A stretch of 64,000 bases of DNA from Eledone cirrhosa (Eukaryota): positions 25,544,001 to 25,608,000 of the forward strand of contig OZ024741.1 of NCBI GenBank assembly GCA_964016885.1. Reading direction: 5' to 3'. The notes below the pieces were generated by a model. It was not told the DNA's origin. It was given only the letters and a program-made list of their open reading frames with translations, and made no database searches. The position numbers and the translations under genes are program-made. Positions 39,818 to 52,194 of the stretch are shown in pieces; position 1 is the first letter of the stretch; every line of letters begins with the position of its first letter.

Positions 39818-41353
39818 TTAGCCGAAATGTCGACCAGATGCATAATTTGTACTTACCCGATAAACTTGTACGTATCGCGTGGGCCATCGGACTGTTCTTC
39901 CAGATTTGGTGTGTCGGGGTTGTGCAGAATTTGCCGTGTTTGTGTCGGGCAAAGTTGTTGGTGAGTCTGCTGGGGAAACGGTGGGTACTGGTGGCAATTC
40001 CTGTTCTACGAACGCTTTTTTTAAACGATCAATGGAGACGGTATTTCGTTTCCTGTTAAAGTCGAGGACGAAATACTTAGGGCATTTCTGTATCACCTTA
40101 TAGGGCCCGGAATACGGCGGACGAAGTTGCGATGGAATACCGTCATTTCTAACGAAAACATGCGTCCATGTATCGATGTCTTTTGGTATGTGTGAAGTAA
40201 CGTGTTGTTGTTTAGGGGCTGAAGGAGACAGATACGACATCGATGACCGTAAACGGTGCACATATTTTGTAGGGTCTGGAAGTTCTTGTGGCGAAACAGG
40301 AGCGATCATTTGTCCGGGTAGAGTGAGTATGGTGCCATACAACATTTCAGCCGGAGAATGTCCGACTCCCCCCTTAACAGTGGAACGAATACCAAGAAGA
40401 ATGAGTGGGAGGTATTCGAACCAGTTAGTGGAGTCTTCGTAAGCCTTGATAGATGATTTTAGCTGGCGGTGTAAGCGTTCTACCATGCCGTTAGCGGCAG
40501 GGTGATACGCTGTTATACGGATGTGTTTGCACCCGAGGAGACGAGTCAGCTCGGTAAATAGGTGCGAATCGAACTGACGTCCTCTATCCGTAGTGATGGT
40601 CGCTGGTGTGCCGAAACGCGAAACCCAGTGAAACACTAGCGTTTTGGCGACAGTTTCCGCAGTAATATCCGTCAGAGGAAAAGCTTCTGGCCAGCGAGAA
40701 AATCGGTCGACACAGGTGAGAAGATGAGTGTAGTTGTGAGAAGGAGGCAAAGGTCCAACGATGTCTATATGCACATGCTGGAACCGTGCATCAGGTGTTG
40801 CGAAAGAACTGATCGGGGCTTTGATGTGCCGGTGAATTTTCGCCTTCTGGCACGCGATACAGTTCCTAGCCCATTCGCGGGAGTCCTTGTTGATGTTGGG
40901 CCACACAAAGCGGGCAACCATCAGTTTCTGCGTGGCGCGGACGCCAGGATGTGCCAGAGAATGCAGTGCCGAGAAAACGTCGCGTCGATGTTTCCGGGGC
41001 ACGTATGGGCGCTCGTGGCCTGTGGAGATGTCGCACCAAATATAACCCGAAGAAGAGGACAGCGGGCATTCCTTCAATTTCAAGGATGATTTCCGGAGTT
41101 GCAGCAGTTCCTCGTCATTCTGTTGATCCGCTGCAATCTTCTGGAGGTCGATAGTGGCAGTGGTGTGAATTGAGTTAAGCTCCATGCGCGATAGGGCATC
41201 AGCTGCTGTGTTTGTGGCACCCTTAATGTACCGAATATTAGTAGTGTACTGAGAAATGAAGTCCAGATGTCGGACCTCCCTGGGTGAGTGTCGGTCAGGC
41301 TTGGCGTTGAACGCGTACACTAGTGGTTTGTGGTCGGTGTATATAGAGAACAC
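39818..41353 (-). pseudogene. Gypsy pol 3' part: RNase H end and integrase (HHCC, DDE, GPY/F)
   Basis: [45 protein letters not shown]. Frameshifted from the upstream ORF near 41350. Confidence 0.92.
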
Positions 41354-43842
41354 ACAACTTCTAGCATGTGTCGAAAATGCTTGACAGCAAGGTATGCTGC
41401 CAATAATTCACGACTGAATGTGCTGTACTTAGTTTCGGCGGGTTTTAATCGCTTAGAGAAAAAAGTTACAGGTCGCCAAATATCGCCAGAGAGTTGTTGA
41501 AGCACACCTCCAACCTCGAAATCGGATGCATCAGTCAATAAACACATTGGGGCGTCAGGTTTGGGGTAACTCAGCATTGTAGCCTCGGACAACATTTTCT
41601 TCAACTCAGCGAAAGCGGTACATTCTTTTTCGCTGAGCTTGATGTTTGCGTTTTTGGTTGTACGCTGCCGCAGCAAATCTGTGAGTGGTTGGGCTGTCTC
41701 TGCACAGTGGGGTATAAATCTTCTGTAGAAGTTTACCAGGCCAAGAAATTCTCGCAGTTTGCGGAGAGATGTAGGTTGTGGAAAATCAATGATGGATTTG
41801 ACTTTCTCCTTAAGTGGGCGAATACCATCTTTGTCAATGTTGTGTCCCAGAAAATGAAGGGACGCAACTCCGAACTCACATTTGCTGGGGTTGATAACAA
41901 TTCCGTATTCACGCAAACGTGTGAATAGGAGATCCAGGTGTTTCTCATGTACTTCATCGGAGTTGCTGGCCACCAGTAAGTCGTCAATGTATGCGTATAC
42001 AAAAGGTAGACCTCTGGTGACTGTATCGATGAATCGCTGGAATGTCTGCGCTGCATTTCGCAAACCGAAAGGCATACGCAGAAATTCGAACATTCCAAAG
42101 GGTGTTGTGACTGCGCTCTTTGGAATATCTGCGGGCTCAACGGGTATCTGATTGTAAGCTCGCACAAGATCGATCTTCGAAAATATGCGAGCCCCGTGCA
42201 GCGAGCTAGAGAAGTCCTGTAGATGAGGCACTGGATAAGAGTCAGGAACGGTGCAGTTGTTCAGTGCACCGTAGTCGCCACAGATTCGCCAGTCGTTCGA
42301 CGACTTCTTGGGTACACAGTGTATGGGTGAGGACCAGTTGCTGCTGGACGGACGTATGATGCGGAGATCCAGCATGTGCTGAAATTCTTGTTTGACGGAC
42401 TTCAACCGGTCTGGTGGTAGCCTTCTAGGTCGTGCAGCGACAGGTGGGCCGTGAGTTTTTATGTGGTGTGTGACGTCATGTTTTACAGGGCAAGCGTTGA
42501 ATAGTGGTCGAGCTACGTCTGGGTATTTGTTGATGATGTGGTTGTGCCGGGTTGTTGCTGTCGATCGTGAAATGACTGGACTGACTGTGGCTGTCCTAGC
42601 GGCTATGCCGTGCACAGCGAGACCAGTGGTGTTGTCAACGAGACGTTGGTTTTTCAGGTCCACTAGCAGCGAGAAGTGCTGAAGAAAATCAGCTCCTAAA
42701 ATAGGGGTCGGCAGCTTAGCCACAACGAATACCCACTGGAAAGTGCGGCGTAGTCCCAAATTTAGTGTCAGGGACTGTTCTCCGTAGGTCGGAATATGTG
42801 GGTGATTCACCGCCTGGAGCCAGGCTGGTGTCTCTCTCCTTTTTCCAGGAACGCAGGAAACCGGAATGATGCTCACTTCAGCACCGGTGTCGACAAGGAA
42901 ACGCGTGCCTGTGACGCGATCCTGAATGAAAAATAGGCGACTTTGGTTATGAGGGCCAGAAACGTCTGTCGCATTCAGTTTCTGGCTGTGTCGTTTCCCT
43001 GATTCGTTTTCGAAACAAATGAACAGGGATGGCTGCACTTTTGCGCTTATCTCCCGAATCTTTGGTGGTACCAACACATTTCTGGTGAATCTCGAGATGC
43101 GCTCGGACTTCTTGAGCGACCACCAAATCGGCGAGTTCGACCGTTGGACCGACGCGTGGCAGGGTTGCCCAGTGACAAGGCCTGAATTTGTTGCGTCAAG
43201 GCTTGTATCTGTGTTGCTTGCTGTGCCAGTAACTGGTGTAGATCGGGCATCTCTGTGGCACTGGAGGGCTGAAGGAAAGGATTGGTGGAAGGCACGGCTG
43301 GCGTCACATTCGCTAAAGTTGAGTGCAGATGTGATCTTATCTGCCAGCTCGGAAAGTTCTATGGTGGTGGACTCCCTGGTGGATGCTAGTACAACTTGTG
43401 TGGCAGAAGGTAAACGCTGGAGGAAGAGTTGCTTGAAAATTTCATCCGGGAGTTTATGTTCACCCAGAAGCTGCTTCATTCTCCGTAGGAGTTGCGTCGG
43501 CTTTTTATCTCCTAATTCCTCCGATATGAGTAGCTGGTGCAAGCGCTTCTGCTGCGACTCCGACGTCCGCTTAACTAATGTTCTTTTAAATGTGTCATAT
43601 GACACAGAGCCGGGTGGTGCTAAAATGAGGTCTCGAACCTCATTCATAATTTCCAGAGACATCGAACCGATGACATGTGTGAGACGGGATGCCTCGCTAA
43701 CGATCCGGTTCGATGCGAACTGCGTTTCGATGTGCGCGAACCACAGTGTTGGATCGTGCACCCAGAATGGTGGAATCCTTAATGTAAATGCCGCCCTGAC
43801 TGCCATTTCTGCTGCTGATGAATCGTCGTGTGCTAGAGGCAT
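41320..43842 (-). pseudogene. Gypsy gag N-half joined in frame to protease-RT-RNase H
   Basis: [13 protein letters not shown] (gag), [10 protein letters not shown] (protease), YAYIDD (RT), TDASD (RNase H). The Gag CHCC region is in another frame and contains a stop. Confidence 0.9.
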
Positions 43843-43883
43843 CGTTTGTAGTGGATGATCAGAAGGTTGTGTGTCTGTTTTAC

Positions 43884-43893
43884 GGGGTCACCA
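43884..43893 (-). other. Primer-binding site complementary to the tRNA-Trp 3' end (second copy at about 38710-38719)
   Basis: Minus strand reads LTR-end GTTACA-AC-TGGTGACCCCG. Confidence 0.8.
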
Positions 43894-43895
43894 GT

Positions 43896-44614
43896 TGTAA
43901 CGGAATATTATGTGTGGTTGTAACGATAAGTGGATGGATGGATGTAACTGTTGGTATGGTGGTTTCGATGTAAAGAAAAATACCAGGATTGTATTGTTAC
44001 AAAGTTTATTTTATTACAACAATATTCAATTTGAATATTGAATGGTAAAATAATTGACACAAAATATTCATACTATAATTTGGTGGCTCTTCGAGCCACG
44101 TAAATTCAAGTATCACAGAATACGATTATAATATGTGTAAGCAAAAATGAATGGTGCGTGTACAAATGCTGGACTCACTATGAATGCGTGTGTGCGGCGT
44201 ATCAGTATATTTACTTATTTGTATTGCAGGAGTCAGCGATCAGCCAGGAAGGTGAGAATAAGTGGCAGACTGGTTTTTCGTGACGAGAGCTTGTAAAAAC
44301 GACTTGTCTTGTCTGTATCTCACTTCTTTTCTGTCGGGGCGTGAACAACCCCTGTATTTATAAGAGTTGAAGTTAGAAGGATAGATATATCCTCTGAACT
44401 TTGGTTAGTCTCTCCCAAGGGATTAGTTTGCCAAGCGTAAACAAGTCAGAAAGGTGGATATATCCTCTGACCTATTTTCTGTCAGGCGTAAACACCTCTG
44501 ACCTGTGTTTAGCCTCTCCCAAGGGGTTAGTCTCTTGAGCGTAAACAAGTTACCACGGCTTGTCCCAGAAGCGGGAAAGCTCAGATTCGGTTTCGAATCT
44601 TCGCCGCCGTTATA
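43896..44614 (-). repeat. 5' LTR (719 bp)
   Basis: Direct repeat of 38722-39440, followed by the PBS and gag. Confidence 0.95.
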
Positions 44615-45125
44615 GAACCATCTGGGTTGTCCAGAAGTGACGGAAAAAGACCTGACAGCCTTACCCTGTGCCCCTGGTTGAGAGGTAGGTGCCTTGACTG
44701 GGACGTCACTGTTAGTGACTCTTTTGCTTCTTCCCACATCCTGGATGGTGCGGATAGGACGAGAGCCACAGCTTCCTCAGCCGAGCGGAGTAAGACCTCA
44801 AATACTGTGATCTGTCGGCCAGCTACATTTTTCAGCCTGTGGCTTTCGAGACGTTTGGGGGAGTCGGACCGCTGACTGCGAGATTCCTCTCTTCACTGTC
44901 GGCTCGCCTAATAGAGGTAACTGGCGAATCTCGCGAAGGCGCTTGGTTGTTCCAGCGCCTTAGCCTCGCCATCACTCGTGGCAACGCTGCGAGTGTGCTG
45001 GCCTGCCTAAAAAATCATTAGAGAGGTTGCCCGGTACTCCTCGCGACGTTGCTGTCTTTTGCTCTGGTGTTGGTTCGGTTGTTCACCCCTTCCATTACAT
45101 TTTCTTTAATATTGTAACATTAAAA
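44615..45125 (+). mobile_element. CRE-like element, 3' part: restriction-like endonuclease and 3' UTR
   Basis: EPSGLSRSDGKRPDSLT..PW..DWDVTV..AE.SK, then AFETFG..LFQRLSLAITRGNA; continues the reading broken at 38467. Confidence 0.85.
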
Positions 45126-45599
45126 GAATATATCTTTCTGAAAGAATCGCGAGCAATTTATAATGTTATCTAAGCATTTGTAATGTTATTTATGTATATG
45201 TTTAAAACATATTTGTTATGTTATTCTACTGTAAATTTTTTTAATATGCTCTGTATACGATTGATAACATCGATAACATCGATTGATAACATCGTTTAAA
45301 ACGATTGATAACATCGATCTCACTAAAATACTACAAATATGGCCATTATCTGCGGAAATATTCTTGCAGTTTTGTCCGAGGGACGCAGCCTAAACACCAC
45401 CTCGCGCTCTAACCCATCGCCCACTCCACTCCTCCTCCTCCTTTTTTCTGTGGTTTTAGAGTCCTTCCTTTCCTATCATTTATGGTTTTTATAGTCCTTT
45501 CCTCTACTTTACCACGCAGCCAGATCTGCCTTTCTCTACCTATTCCCTATTTTCTCATTACGTAATTATCTTTTTATCTTTCAAAAAATAGGAAAAGTA

Positions 45600-47417
45600 T
45601 CGTACATCTAAATGGACAGCTAGCAGTTCCCCATCAAACATACTTGAGGTGGTCGAAGTTGTCGACTGAAGAAAGCCACTAACCATTGATGAATTGTTCC
45701 AAAACACCTTCAATGGTTGTATCAGAGACATCTACTGCGAGGATGGGAAAGCATGGTTGCTTTAACTAGAGCTTCTTTTGTGGACTCAAAGGCTGATGTC
45801 CCATTCCACCTGTTTTTTGTTTTTAACTTTTTCTTGATAGTTCTTTCTACAGTGGTCTTATCAATTTTACTGCAGATGGGACTTTCCACAAATTGATACA
45901 GAGCCTTAATTGTGCTGGTGTGTGGAAAGGATAAGATAACTTTCACTTTTTCTGGCATGGGTATAGCCCCAGTACTTATGATTCAATGTCCAAGAGAACC
46001 AATTTCTTTAATATCAAAGACACACTTGGCTGGGTTGACTACCAAACCGTATTGTTCAAGCCTATCAAAAAGGGCCATGTACTTCTTATGTAGTTCTGCA
46101 CTTTGACTTGTAATAAGGATGTCGTCCTGTAATACAAAACAAAGTCTAGACCCTGGTACATTGTGTCCATCAAGTGTTGAAAGGAATGTGCAGTGTTTTT
46201 TAACTCAAAAGGGCTATGTAAAAATTGATACAGTCTGAAGGGAGTGATAACAGTCTTGGCAATATTATCATCGCAAACTTAGTCGCTTCGGCCACAAACC
46301 CTAGTATCGCGGCCCGCTATCTAAAGGAAAGGAAGATAAGCAAATACCGGGGATTTTCCGGCCGCTTACTCTTCGCACCGGTCGCCATTGAGACTACAGG
46401 CGTACTTGGGCCCCGTATTGCCGAGCTCCTCCGCAAGATCGGAACGTCGACGGCCCGTCTGAGGAAGAAGCCGCTTGAGGTGGGGTGGCTGTTGAAGCAG
46501 GTGTCGCTAACCATTGTCCGCGGGCGCAGCCCAATTACCACCACGCCCTAGGCCCAGAGCCCTTGCCATATCTTTCTTTTTCCGTTTTTTTAAAAATATT
46601 TTCTTATCTTACATTCCATTCTTTCTTCTCAATGTAAATTTTCTTTTTTCTTTTTCTATTAAATTATATTTACATGTTCTCTAGTACAAGTAATTGATGA
46701 TAAGTTCGGTTGAAGTAGATTTTGGAGAAAATTGAGCACTTGCTAACTGAACCAAGAAGCTTTGTATATGCAGAATGGAGTAGCAGTAGGGTGAGGTATT
46801 TTTGTTAAGACAGCGATAATCCCTGCAGGGCCGCCAAGCTCTATTGGGTTTCGGCTCTTTGTGTAGAGGTGAAAACCAGAGACGGTTTGATCGATGAACG
46901 ATGCCCAAAGCTTCCATATTGTCAAATTTGACCTTCGCAATAGCAAATTTGTCTGGTGGTAGACGACATACACGGTTGTGTACTGAAGAACTGGTGGTTT
47001 GAATGTGGTGCTTTACTCTGTGGTGAGTTGTGGATTGGGAGATGTCATGATAATGAGTTTCAGGTAATTCAAAAGGAATTCCGAGAACTCGTTCTTGGCC
47101 TGAGAGACGTTTGATACAGAGGCATACTTACTGCTATAGACGAGTCGTCTCCCCTGATTATCGACCAGCAGTGAGTGAGCCTGAAGGAAGCCTGCTCCAA
47201 TGATAGGCTGATGGGCTTCATTACTGTGAGCCTCTGTGGAGGGAGAGAGTACAGTATCTGTAAGCTTTGATTGTAGAATCATTGGCAGCTGCCACTGACT
47301 CCCCTCTCTATAACGGAGGTCGTTTGCAGATGCCGAGATGACATTGACTTCTACTTCTGTGTCGATTAAGAATCTGACTGGAGATCTGATCATAGACATA
47401 CAGGACAGCTGATCATG
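45600..47417 (-). mobile_element. Degenerate second gypsy (CsRn1-like) protease-RT-RNase H relic, interrupted at about 46270-46680
   Basis: RFLIDTEVEV, PIIGAGFL..HSLLVD, SPLH..KPN.AWRPCRDYR.LN, AFESTKEALVKATMLSHP; many lesions. Confidence 0.8.
46270..46680 (+). mobile_element. 5'-truncated CRE-like RLE C-terminus with T-rich 3' UTR
   Basis: ERKISKY..FAPVAIETTGVLGP..LKQVSLTIVRG, homologous to 44839-45021. Confidence 0.75.
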
Positions 47418-48226
47418 AGGGATACGAAGTATGAAAGTGTGGGAAAGAGGCGGAAAAGGGTGCAATGAGGAAGATTCAACACCAGGAGGTCAACCACAAG
47501 ACAATGAGGTCACGTAAAGTGATATGTGTTTCTTTCACAAGAAATGTGAAGCAAAAGATACCAAGTAACCATGTAACTTCAATAGCTCTTCATCATCGAC
47601 TCCGGGAGAAACTCTAGGATCAACCACCAATAAACACCCTGGTGGTCGGCAAACATGATCAGCTGTCCTGTATGTCTATGATCAGATCTCCAGTCAGATT
47701 CTTAATCGACACAGAAGTAGAAGTCAATGTCATCTCGGCATCTGCAAACGACCTCCGTTATAGAGAGGGGAGTCAGTGGCAGCTGCCAATGATTCTACAA
47801 TCAAAGCTTACAGATACCGTACTCTCTCCCTCCACAGAGGCTCACAGTAATGAAGCCCATCAGCCTATCATTGGAGCAGGCTTCCTTCAGGCTCACTCAC
47901 TGCTGGTCGATAATCAGGGGAGACGACTCGTCTATAGCAGTAAGTATGCCTCTGTATCAAACGTCTCTCAGGCCAAGAACGAGTTCTCGGAATTCCTTTT
48001 GAATTACCTGAAACTCATTATCATGACATCTCCCAATCCACAACTCACCACAGAGTAAAGCACCACATTCCAACCACCAGTTCTTCAGTACACAACCGTG
48101 TATGTCGTCTACCACCAGACAAATTTGCTATTGCGAAGGTCAAATTTGACAATATGGAAGCTTTGGGCATCGTTCATCGATCAAACCGTCTCTGGTTTTC
48201 ACCTCTACACAAAGAGCCGAAACCCA
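46845..48226. repeat. Long inverted repeat: arms 46845-47417 and 47654-48226 (573 bp each), 236-bp spacer
   Basis: ORFs 47013..47465(-) and 47642..48058(+) encode the same peptide; about 2 mismatches seen between arms. Confidence 0.95.
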
Positions 48227-48233
48227 CAATAAT

Positions 48234-48422
48234 TATTTATACACGTTGATGTAATCACGGTTACATTCTCTGTATTTATACAGATATAATTTGTATGTGT
48301 GTATATATATATGTGTATATGTATGTATATATATATATATACATACATACACACACACATACAAGTTATATCTGCATAAACAGAGTGTGTAACCGCGACT
48401 GCACCAACGTGTATAAATATAT
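48234..48422. mobile_element. Small fold-back/MITE-like element with about 65-bp imperfect arms around a (TA)/(TG)/(CA) microsatellite
   Basis: atttatacacgttgatgtaatcacggttaca...cagatataatttgtatgtgtgt pairs with acacacatacaagttatatctg...tgtaaccgcgactgcaccaacgtgtataaat. Confidence 0.65.
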
Positions 48423-48649
48423 ATACATATTTAATATCATCATAACGATGATGATGATATATAACGGTGATGACGATATATTCATATATATATATGTGTG
48501 TATGTGTGATGAAATTTGTTTTTCAACCCACGGGGTATCCAAAACCCTCCTCACCAAGTTAGGCTGGTGAGGTTGCCATTTTAGTTAGCGACGACCCAAC
48601 TAAATGGCAGGTTATACAGGGCTACATGTTACCAGTTGCACTCAAGGTC

Positions 48650-51330
48650 TATGGGAAATCTCTATGCAGACGATCTGGTCCTTATAGCTGAATCCATAAA
48701 AGAACTAGAAAATATGTTCCAATTATCGAAACAGAACTTGGTGTCAAAAGGTCTGAGTAAACTTATCGAAACCTAAAGTGCTAGTGACTAGGAAAGAAGA
48801 TAGGACCCTGATTCCTTCAAGGAAGTGGCCCTGCTGAATATATAGAAAAGGCATAAACTCCATAAGATGAACACAATATAAATTTTGGGTACAGAAGAGA
48901 TGTAGTGGGATAACGGGTGGACTAATAGGAAGAGAAAGCTTTGTATGTAGATGCCCTGGGGTAACCGAGGAGAACAGCATCAGTGATATAAACCTTTTCC
49001 AGTCACTGGAAGGGGCCATAGAAGTGGTTGATAGCTTCTATTATCTAGATGACTTAATTAGCAGCGAAGTGGGTACACTGAGAGCATAATAGCTAGAATA
49101 AAGATAAGTTGGAAGAAGTTTAGAGAACTGCTCCCACTGTTGACAACAAAAGGTTTCTCCCTATGTAAAAAATGATAGTTGTGTACAAAGTGTGATGCTG
49201 CATGGTAGTGAAACATGGGCTGTGACTGAAGAGGACATGTGTAGACTGGAAAGAAATGAAGCAACCATTCTTCGTTGGATATGCAATGTAAATGTGTGAG
49301 AGAAAGGCAGAGCTTAGATGAACTGAGGGAAAAGATAGGTTTCTTCTCAAACGTTGCGGGGATTTCCTTTTGCGCCAGCTTTCTTTTTTCTTTCAATACT
49401 GTCTCAGCAATGGTGCTACTCCGGAGCAGTGGAAAACTGCCAGTGTCATTCCCCTGTTCAAAAAGGGCAACCGCATGTCACCTGTCAACTATCGTCCAGT
49501 CAGTCTTACTAGCTGTATGGCCAAACTGATGGAATCCTGTGTCAGAGAAACACTTTGGAACTTCTGGAGCTCTCACAGCCTCATCCGGCCCTCACAGTTT
49601 GGATTTATCCCTAACTCCAGCTGCTGTGATCAGCTTATCGAGTTCCTTGAGGACATCACCCGGATCACTGACAGCGGCTCATGGGTGGATGTTGTTTACC
49701 TTGACTTTGCTAAGGCTTTTAATTCTGTGCCACACAAAAGACTTATGGCAAAACTCTCTGCAATGGGTGTGAGGGATGATCTTTTCGACTGGCTGAAATC
49801 CTTCATTCTCAGCCGAAAGGAAGTAGTCACGGTTCTAGGACAGCATTCTTCACCATATGAAATGTCATCTGGTGTACCACAGGGATCTGTTCTTGGTCCT
49901 CTTTTGTTTGTGGCATATATTAATGACATAGATGCCAACTTACAGAATGCCACGGCACTAAAATATGCAGATGACATCAAGCTGTACCTTGAAATCAAAA
50001 GGACTGATCCTGAAATTTACAACTCTTTCCTACAATCAGACCTGGACACAATGCAGCAATGGATCACAGACTGGCAACTGAAGCTGGCTGTGGACAAGTG
50101 TACCACCATGCATTTTGGAAGGAAAAATCCAGCGTCCACATACTCCCTCCACAACACTGACATCAAAAAGTCCTCTTGTGAACGTGACCTGGGCACTACT
50201 GTCAGCAACGATTTGCGTTGGACAAAGCATGTCTCTAAGATTGTCAAGAAGGCCGAGGGTGTCTTGGCATCACTCAGCAAGACCTTTGTTAGCCGCTCTC
50301 CAGCCATCTATTTAAAACTGTATACAGCTATGGTGCGCCCACACTTGGAATTCGCATCATCAGTCTGGAACCCCTATCTTGCTCGGAACATTGACCTCCT
50401 GGAAACTGTTCAGAGACGTGCAACCAAGCGCATACCCTCCATCAGACACCTACCATACTCTGAACGCCTTGCTTCCCTGGGCATGGATTCATTGAAGCTC
50501 CGACGTCTGGTAATGGACTTGGTGAATACCCACAAAGTTTTTAACCATCTCGCCAACTGCAACCCTGAGCGCCTCTTTGATCTCCATGTGTCTAACACAC
50601 GTGGACATGCATACAAGATAAGAAAACAGCACAGCTCCCATGACTTTCGCAGACATTTTTTCACGGTCAGAGTTGCTGAAGCATGGAACAAACTGCCTGC
50701 GTCAATTGTTAGCTGCCGAGACACTGCATCCTTTAAGACACTCATGCTTCCCGAAATACGCCAAAACTACACCTGATGTACCCCTTCCATACACATGCAC
50801 ACATTTGTGTATCATGACTCGTGCACTGTTCATTTTACTGATGTTTGTGCATTGCCCTATGTACTGTACATGTACTTTTTTGATGAGTTGTGGTGCACCT
50901 GGGCACTGTACACAATATTTCATTATTGTTATTGTTATTATATCATGACTCATACACTGTTTATTTTCCTGACATTTGTACATTATTCTATGTACTATAC
51001 ATGCACCTTTGATGAGTTGTAGTGCACCTGAGCACTGTACACAATAATTTCATTATTATTATTATAAGAGGAATCTAAGGTGATATGTAGGAGAGAAGAA
51101 TGCGTTGGTATGGACATGTGATGTGCATGGATGATGATCGATGGGTGAAGAAGTGCCAGGAAATGGCAGTAGAAGTAGACTAAGAAAGATCTGGTGAGAG
51201 CTGAGACTCACAGAGAAGATGAAGAAGGAACACGACAAGTGGAGAGCTGTTGTGCTGAGAAGGACCTGTCCAACCCCTGCAAGCGTGGAAAAGCAGACGT
51301 AAAAATGATGATGTTAATGAGGATGATGAA
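48650..51330 (+). mobile_element. Degenerate RTE fragment split by a CR1-group insertion (RTE parts 48650-49340 and 51066-51330)
   Basis: ...ELREKIG | IRGI...RWYGHVM rejoins across the insert; ends with the RTE 3' stem-loop and a GAT tail. Confidence 0.8.
49341..51065 (+). mobile_element. CR1/L2-group LINE, 5'-truncated, uninterrupted RT-to-stop ORF, (TTA)n tail
   Basis: NYRPVSLTS, YLDFAKAF, GVPQGSVLGP, KYADD, VRPHLEFASSVWNP, TRGH.YK, FFTVRV..WNKLP. The 3' UTR has an approximately 125-bp duplication. Confidence 0.92.
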
Positions 51331-52194
51331 TGTGTCTGTATACATGTGTGTGTGTATATATATATATGTATGCATATACTCTTGCGTCCCAAATAATGGG
51401 GAAGGGGGGGGGGGTAATTTTTCTAGGTTGTCTCCGTTAATTTAAAAAAAAACAACAGAATTAGTCATTTAGTTTACATATTGAGACCCCAACTCATCCT
51501 ATTTATTTTATAACGTATGGGATTTCTAGTAATGTATTTTTTTTTTGTCATATATAATGTTTTTTAATGTCTAAAGATAATTAATTGTCACAGGAATGCT
51601 ACCACTTAGAATAACATTTTAAAGATAGATTAGCAAAATCTAATAAACGGGAGAGGGAGTGGTCGAAAAAACCTGAAAGATTAATAAGCAGATGGGAATG
51701 TGTGGGCGATTGTTCGAGACCCGAGAGTATGTATGTGTCTACATGAAACAACTATCAGTTAAGTACTAATTATCTCCCTTGATCTGTCAGATTAATTTTA
51801 TATATAGTTTTTAAATATTGATTAAAGTGTTCCATGCGATGTAATATAACAGTAGTCTTTTTAACAGTATCAAATTATATTTCTGTGTACCATATTGAAA
51901 TGTAATTCATCCTACAAGAATTTCAGCTTCCAATGAAGTTAGACCATGTCTTCTTTTTCTTTACATATAATTATCCTTTTAACTGTGTAATGATTCATGG
52001 CACTAGTTTAGAGCTTCATTCCCTTTCTTTGTTTAGATATGCTGTGTTTACATCTTAAGTTTCCTTTTTGAGGAATGGGTATCGTCAGTGATTGGGTCCA
52101 CTCCTTTGTTTCTCATATCTTTTCAGTTTTGGCCCTCCATGTTTTAGGAGCTCTATTAATGACTCCTGAGGATTTACCATCTTTGAGCCTGTCA

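Larger units (their letters stand above)
38468..44614 (-). mobile_element. Ty3/gypsy LTR retrotransposon of CsRn1/Kabuki type, young but mutated, 4-bp TSD GAAC
   Basis: 719-bp LTRs, tRNA-Trp PBS TGGTGACCCCG, PPT, CHCC-type Gag knuckle, and PR-RT-RH-IN order. GAAC at 38464-38467 and 44615-44618. Confidence 0.95.

Noticed and set aside
43019-43858. 279-aa antisense ORF over gag
   Set aside because: Shadow frame of a GC-balanced coding region with no motif.
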